From Promethearchaeota archaeon (GTDB lineage Archaea; Asgardarchaeota; Hermodarchaeia; Hermodarchaeales; Hermodarchaeaceae): DNA of 32,000 nucleotides. Positions 27,589-32,000 of the stretch are shown piece by piece. The stretch covers positions 60,001 to 92,000 of the forward strand of contig JBHLMI010000006.1 in NCBI GenBank assembly GCA_048938295.1, read 5' to 3'. The notes beneath the pieces were generated by a model. The model was not told the DNA's origin and did not search any database. It worked only from the letters and a program-made list of their open reading frames with translations. Position 1 is the first letter of the stretch. The number at the start of each line of letters is the position of its first letter. The translations under genes and the position numbers were made by a program.

Positions 27589-28323
27589 TTGCTGCTTTTC
27601 ATTCATGAAACCCCGGTACATTTTGCCGTTGTTCTGCTGATTTGTGCGATAACCTTTGTTTCACTGCTACTTGCGATTCTCTCTGTGAGTCGGGCTGAAG
27701 GCACAACGCGTTGGACGCGATTATTTGGGTTATTGTTTGTGTTGTCGATTTTTCTAATGTATCTTGTATTTGCGATCTCCATGGCTGTGTTGCCAGCAAC
27801 TGCAGGTGTTGTTGAACTACTTCCGTTTTACCTTGTGATTTGGGGATTTGCGGGGCTCAATGGTTTTTTCATTATATTGTTCTGTCTGGGCGCTCGCTTC
27901 CTCAATGAACGAAAATGGCTATTGCTGCTCATTGTATTAGGTGGCGCAGTATATGTGGTTCTGCTCTTTCTTCTTCCGACTCCATTCACGGTGTTCACCG
28001 TTTCGGATGGCTGGCTCAATTACATTGCCATGCCTTTGGTCTTGGTGATGTACGCCTTTTTCCTTGGGACTATCTACATGTGCTTGATTCCCTTATACGT
28101 TAGCATCCAGCTAAACAATCGGATGGAGGGATCTGCAAAGCGTGGCTTATGGATTGGATGGATAGGGCTCTTTTTATCATTTCTTGGAGCCGTACTGATT
28201 TCAGCTGTGCAGTTCACTGTTGCGTTTATTCTGTTTGTCTTTGCACTCGTTGCCATAGCATGGGTGCTAAACATACTAGGCATTGTCCTTGCAGGCCTTC
28301 ACACGAAACCATTAGCAGAATAA
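27589..28323 (+). CDS. Stand-alone 7TM membrane protein, paralog of 26724..27437
   Basis: LLFIHETPVHF vs LLFILETPFHF; LPATA...EL.P.YL; VSDG.LN.I.MP; GGAGGG RBS before TTG. Confidence 0.75.
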   Translation: MLLFIHETPVHFAVVLLICAITFVSLLLAILSVSRAEGTTRWTRLFGLLFVLSIFLMYLVFAISMAVLPATAGVVELLPFYLVIWGFAGLNGFFIILFCLGARFLNERKWLLLLIVLGGAVYVVLLFLLPTPFTVFTVSDGWLNYIAMPLVLVMYAFFLGTIYMCLIPLYVSIQLNNRMEGSAKRGLWIGWIGLFLSFLGAVLISAVQFTVAFILFVFALVAIAWVLNILGIVLAGLHTKPLAE

Positions 28324-28415
28324 TGTCAGAGTGGGATTCGATTATCACATTGCATATGGTCTCAGGAGAAAAGGTGGAGGTGCCCGACAAAGGGTGCGGG
28401 CACATCCCTGTGTGA
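28323..28415 (+). CDS. Candidate 30-aa peptide MSEWDSIITLHMVSGEKVEVPDKGCGHIPV (or 11 aa from GTG 28380)
   Basis: ATG overlaps the 7TM stop (TAATG, translational-coupling geometry); internal GTG 28380 preceded by AGGAG. Confidence 0.35.
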   Translation: MSEWDSIITLHMVSGEKVEVPDKGCGHIPV

Positions 28416-28771
28416 TCATCCCCCTACACCCCCGATAGGAGGGGGGTAACTCAGACACAGGACGCTCGTCAGTTCCGGGAACCTAGAAAAAATTTCTGAG
28501 GTTCGGACAACGGGAGGAGGGATTTGGGAGGACAGAATTGGAGGGCTCCCCGGGTGGGAGGCGTTTTTCGAGGTGCCCGGATATTCACGTCGCGTCCAGG
28601 GTGCTTCCCGGAGTCTGTGTTACCAAGTAAGTCTAATTATTGAGTGGTGATTGCGTAGTTCCGGTGGTGGAAACGGCGCATTTGCGTAGAAAATGTGATA
28701 TTATGGCTGTGAAAAAGTAGGTTATTGTGAAATGATTTCGCGCAAGCGCGTGGTTTGGTATCTTCTTAAAA

Positions 28772-29995
28772 GTGTTACATTTCCTCAGGTTGCGGGGGAT
28801 GAGATTTTGTGGTTTTCAAAGAAAGGACAAAGCATATCAGCATCCGATTCAGGTGAATACTGGGTATCGTGCAACGGCGGGTGGACGTGTGACGTTTAAA
28901 CCCTCAGTACTAGAAGATCATGGCGCGTGGTTGCTTATCAAACGGTTATTGGATGGGACCATCGGGGAATTAGTCCCAGTATTTGACGTGACAGCACCAT
29001 ACGGGTTTCGGTATCCCGAGGCCGAGAAGGTACTAGAAGCAGATCCAAAGGACACCGTAGATCGGCTGGAGGGATTACGTCGTGCTGGTATTTTGGAAGG
29101 GAAGTTATCGGAGTCGATTTTCACATGTAGCGAGTGTTCTTCGCCAGACTTGCATCCCCAATCCCAATGTCCATCATGTGCGAAGAACCGTTTGGTTCAC
29201 CAGCCGGTGATTGAACATTTCAGCTGTGGGTTCATTGGACCACGAACAGAGTTTGAAAGTGAGAAAGGATTACGGTGCCCGTCATGTAGGGAATTCTTAA
29301 GCGCTGAACAGCAGGACTACAAATCTGAAGAAGCCTTTCAATGCCTAGACTGTAAAACGGTAAGTGCCCAGCCCCGGTTGGTATTTCGGTGTTTTCAGTG
29401 TCAGAATACTGCTGAGCCATCTGTAATGACGGAACAAGCCATCTATGTCTACCATTTGAACATAAAGCATCGTGGGGATATCATTCACTATCTGGGGTTT
29501 CATCCAACTCCTGAAGCTGAAAAACCTTCTCGGCGAAAGCATCGTGCCGATTTGGATGATATGGATCGACGGATTCTGAACATCCTACAACGAGATGCAC
29601 GATTGTCTTTTCGAAACATCGCTCGCCGATTGAAGGTTAGTGATGCCACCGTTCGAAGTCGGGTTTCTCGCCTCGAGCAGAATAATGTGATTAAGGGCTT
29701 TACAACCTTGGTTGACCCCCAACAGGTGGGGATGGAAGTAATTGCACTGATTCAATTGGAAGTGGATGCCAAGCTGTTAACGAAACTGAACACAGACCTA
29801 CAGACAGTAGAAGAAGTTAAGCTGGTACTGGAAACCGGGGACCGGGCTAATATGATTCTACTTACAAGCTTTGTGTCACGTGACACTTTGAACTCGTTCT
29901 TAGATAGCCATATTCGGGGACGCCAGGGCGTTCAATTGGTTTCTGTCACCCTGGCATTGGGGATAAGGAAATATGATTGGATGATTCAGCTGTAG
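28772..29995 (+). CDS. TackOD1-like multi-Zn-ribbon domain fused to Lrp/AsnC regulator
   Basis: CSEC, CPSC, IEHFSCG, CPSC, DY, CLDC, CFQC pattern of TackOD1; C-terminal LDDMDRRILNILQRDARLSFRNIARRLKVSDATVRSRVSRLE + RAM domain; true start likely GTG 28853 or 28889. Confidence 0.85.
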   Translation: MLHFLRLRGMRFCGFQRKDKAYQHPIQVNTGYRATAGGRVTFKPSVLEDHGAWLLIKRLLDGTIGELVPVFDVTAPYGFRYPEAEKVLEADPKDTVDRLEGLRRAGILEGKLSESIFTCSECSSPDLHPQSQCPSCAKNRLVHQPVIEHFSCGFIGPRTEFESEKGLRCPSCREFLSAEQQDYKSEEAFQCLDCKTVSAQPRLVFRCFQCQNTAEPSVMTEQAIYVYHLNIKHRGDIIHYLGFHPTPEAEKPSRRKHRADLDDMDRRILNILQRDARLSFRNIARRLKVSDATVRSRVSRLEQNNVIKGFTTLVDPQQVGMEVIALIQLEVDAKLLTKLNTDLQTVEEVKLVLETGDRANMILLTSFVSRDTLNSFLDSHIRGRQGVQLVSVTLALGIRKYDWMIQL

Positions 29996-30053
29996 AATTG
30001 GGAACCCCTTATTCTTGTAGGGAAATTCTGGTGGTCGGCGATAACCTTTTTGA

Positions 30054-30893
30054 ATGGATATGAGTCCATATCATAGCAGGAAAAAGACCCGCCTTGAGGC
30101 GTTGCAAGTGTCAGATCTCTATAAATTACTGGAAGAAGGCGAGGTTCAGAAGGCCTTAGAGCTGGTCAACGAGGACGAAGATGCATGGCAAGACCTTATG
30201 GAATTGCTTGAAGATACAGATGAATCGATGCAGCGTTTTGCTTTTGAAATCGCTTCAAAATCTGGCGACAATCCACTACTTCTTGAAGCGTTGCCAATGC
30301 TTATCAGCGGGCTTAATAGTGATGAGGATGACATTTGTCGGTATGCTGCAGAAGCACTTTATTACTTAGGTCCCGATGCAGCGGATGCAGCTGAAGCCCT
30401 CTCAAATCTATTGAGTCATGATGATGACGACGTACGACGCGCTTCAGCCCGAGTTTTTACAAACATGGGAACCACAGCATTGGTAGCTAAGGAGCAGCTG
30501 ATTGAAGCCCTCAATGATAGCGATGAGGTCGTCCGAGGAGAAGCAGCGCTGGCTATCGCGAATCTAGGCAAAGATGCATCTGAAGCAGTCCCAGTTCTAA
30601 TCAACATGTTATCGGACGAAGAGGAATTTATCCACGAGAATAAGGGTATGGAGGTTCGACTGGCAGCCCAGAAAGCTTTGGAGCGAATCGGCCCTGATGC
30701 GATTCCTGGACTCCTTGAAGCATTACGAGCAGACCGACCCGAACAGCGCGCGATTGCAGTCACAGCATTGGGAGCAATGGAATCATTGCCAGAAGAAGCC
30801 GCCAAAGATATTGAAGATGCAACGCTAGATCCTGATGAGACGGTGCAGACTGCAGCAAAGAATGCGCTAAAGCGAATTAAGGCACAGAAATAG
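30054..30893 (+). CDS. HEAT-repeat (PBS-lyase-like) protein
   Basis: Repeats LNSDEDDICRYAAEAL, LSHDDDDVRRASA, LNDSDEVVRGEAALAI, EVRLAAQKALERIG, DPDETVQTAAKNAL. Confidence 0.9.
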   Translation: MDMSPYHSRKKTRLEALQVSDLYKLLEEGEVQKALELVNEDEDAWQDLMELLEDTDESMQRFAFEIASKSGDNPLLLEALPMLISGLNSDEDDICRYAAEALYYLGPDAADAAEALSNLLSHDDDDVRRASARVFTNMGTTALVAKEQLIEALNDSDEVVRGEAALAIANLGKDASEAVPVLINMLSDEEEFIHENKGMEVRLAAQKALERIGPDAIPGLLEALRADRPEQRAIAVTALGAMESLPEEAAKDIEDATLDPDETVQTAAKNALKRIKAQK

Positions 30894-31383
30894 CAGAGCT
30901 CAACTTATTGTTCGAACCCCCTTCTTCTTCATTCTCATTCTCTGTAAACTCTCGACGATCAATGAAGAAGAAGATGGCAAGGAAGATGAGAACTCCGACC
31001 AAGACTGGAATCTTTACAACGAATGAAACAGGCGAGATGAGATACCAGGACAACGCAAAACCGGTGGGGAGTGCAGTCCAGAACCGGATGCCATTTCGGC
31101 TTTCACGTAAAGCAAGTCTTTGAGTTGTCCAATCCAAGATTGCAGGCAATGAGATGAAGATAGCAACAAGTGTAGTGCCGAGGTCACCGAGACTATAGAA
31201 GATAGGAAAATAGAGGAGCATGGCAAAGGAGATGATAAAACCGAGTAGAATCCCAAGATATAGACCCGAACACCGGGCGCACACGTAATAGATCTGATTA
31301 TCGAGTTTTACTTTAAATGCGTGGATCTTCTTATGATAGAAGAAGCTAAGAATGGGACCCAGAATTCGTTTTTTGAGACTCAT
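30877..31383 (-). CDS. DUF2085-family membrane protein
   Basis: YYVCARCSGLYLG, PAILDWTTQ, RESRNGIRFWTALPTG; 17-bp convergent overlap with HEAT gene. Confidence 0.8.
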   Translation of the reverse strand: MSLKKRILGPILSFFYHKKIHAFKVKLDNQIYYVCARCSGLYLGILLGFIISFAMLLYFPIFYSLGDLGTTLVAIFISLPAILDWTTQRLALRESRNGIRFWTALPTGFALSWYLISPVSFVVKIPVLVGVLIFLAIFFFIDRREFTENENEEEGGSNNKLSSAISVP

Positions 31384-31406
31384 CGCGCAATCACTTAACC
31401 GTATGC

Positions 31407-32000
31407 TTAGGAGAGGTTTTGGGGGCAGATGGGTGGAAGATTGCGTTTGTGTTCATTGTCGGTAATTCGCTTCTTGAAATGAGTGATTTGTACTTCTGTT
31501 AACCCCTTGGGAGTTTTCCCTGCGACAAGGTCATCGAGCCGTTCATAGCTGGCCCCGAGTTCACCCTCATCGGTTTGCCCAGGCCACAATCCAGGAGTTG
31601 GAATTTTAGTTAATATTTTTTCAGGTAGACCTAGGTGTGCGCCGAGTCCTTGGACTTCACGTTTCAAGAGCGCCCCTAGGGGAAGTAAGTCCACAGCTCC
31701 ATCACCATACTTTGTAAAGAATCCAAGTGCCAGTTCAGTTCGGTTGCCCGTGCCCACCACAAGTCGATTACGTTGATTAGCTTCATAATATAATGCTACC
31801 ATTCGAAGACGAGCCTTAATGTTCGCTAAGGGGATTGTTGTTGGCGTTTCTGTAGAAAGACCCAGAGCTAGAAGTAAGGAATTGTAAGTTGCGGTGAGAT
31901 CATAGGTTTCATGATCGATATTGAATTGTTCTGCAATGGCTTGTGCATCTGGAGCAGCGTCTTCAGGTGTGTGACCACAGGGCAAGATAAGCCCCAAAGT
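31407..32000 (-). CDS. nadE: NH3-dependent NAD+ synthetase (5' end beyond window)
   Basis: NIKARLRM, VVGTGNRTE, GFFTKYGDGAVDLLPLG.LLKREV, PTPGLWPGQTDEGELG.SYERLD, HKR. Confidence 0.95.
   Translation of the reverse strand, partial: TLGLILPCGHTPEDAAPDAQAIAEQFNIDHETYDLTATYNSLLLALGLSTETPTTIPLANIKARLRMVALYYEANQRNRLVVGTGNRTELALGFFTKYGDGAVDLLPLGALLKREVQGLGAHLGLPEKILTKIPTPGLWPGQTDEGELGASYERLDDLVAGKTPKGLTEVQITHFKKRITDNEHKRNLPPICPQNLS

Noticed and set aside
26724-28323. Microbial rhodopsin assignment for the 7TM proteins
   Set aside because: No lysine in TM7 and no retinal-pocket motifs
28472-28482. TTCCGGGAA matches the eukaryotic STAT (GAS) consensus
   Set aside because: No STAT-like protein in the window; a short palindrome is expected by chance or bound by local regulators
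30416-30805. Ala/Ser-rich 129-aa minus ORF
   Set aside because: Antisense of the HEAT-repeat gene
1-32000. CRISPR arrays, tRNA/rRNA genes, IS elements/integrases
   Set aside because: No regularly spaced direct repeats, cloverleaf-compatible sequences, transposase or recombinase ORFs were found

Overview
Gene-dense prokaryotic window that looks archaeal: GGTGA/GGAGG ribosome-binding sites, an archaeal-type CdhE, a TackOD1-like Zn domain and many signalling and surface proteins. This is most compatible with an Asgard/TACK-related lineage (inference). The left and middle parts carry an M20 peptidase, an ANT(6)-like nucleotidyltransferase coupled to an AlkZ-like glycosylase, NAD kinase, a stand-alone ACDS gamma subunit, a CX5R phosphatase downstream of a 9-PAS protein with no output domain, a PfkB kinase, a PadR-ABC exporter operon, two GNATs, an FG-GAP propeller membrane protein with a Zn-finger tail, a FabK/NMO flavoprotein, RidA, a 2[4Fe-4S] ferredoxin missed by the ORF track and an Asp-box propeller protein. 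The most unusual part is 22.2-30.0 kb. It holds two paralogous tandem-Lrp/AsnC-like regulators, two paralogous stand-alone 7TM proteins and a TackOD1-Lrp fusion. These are separated by long intergenic regions containing micro-ORFs (13, 13 and 11/30 aa; the two 13-aa ones follow clear RBSs) and multi-stem structures, which makes a candidate peptide/7TM-receptor regulatory module (hypothesis). The window ends with a HEAT-repeat protein, DUF2085 and a 5'-truncated nadE. No tRNA, rRNA, CRISPR array or mobile element was recognised.
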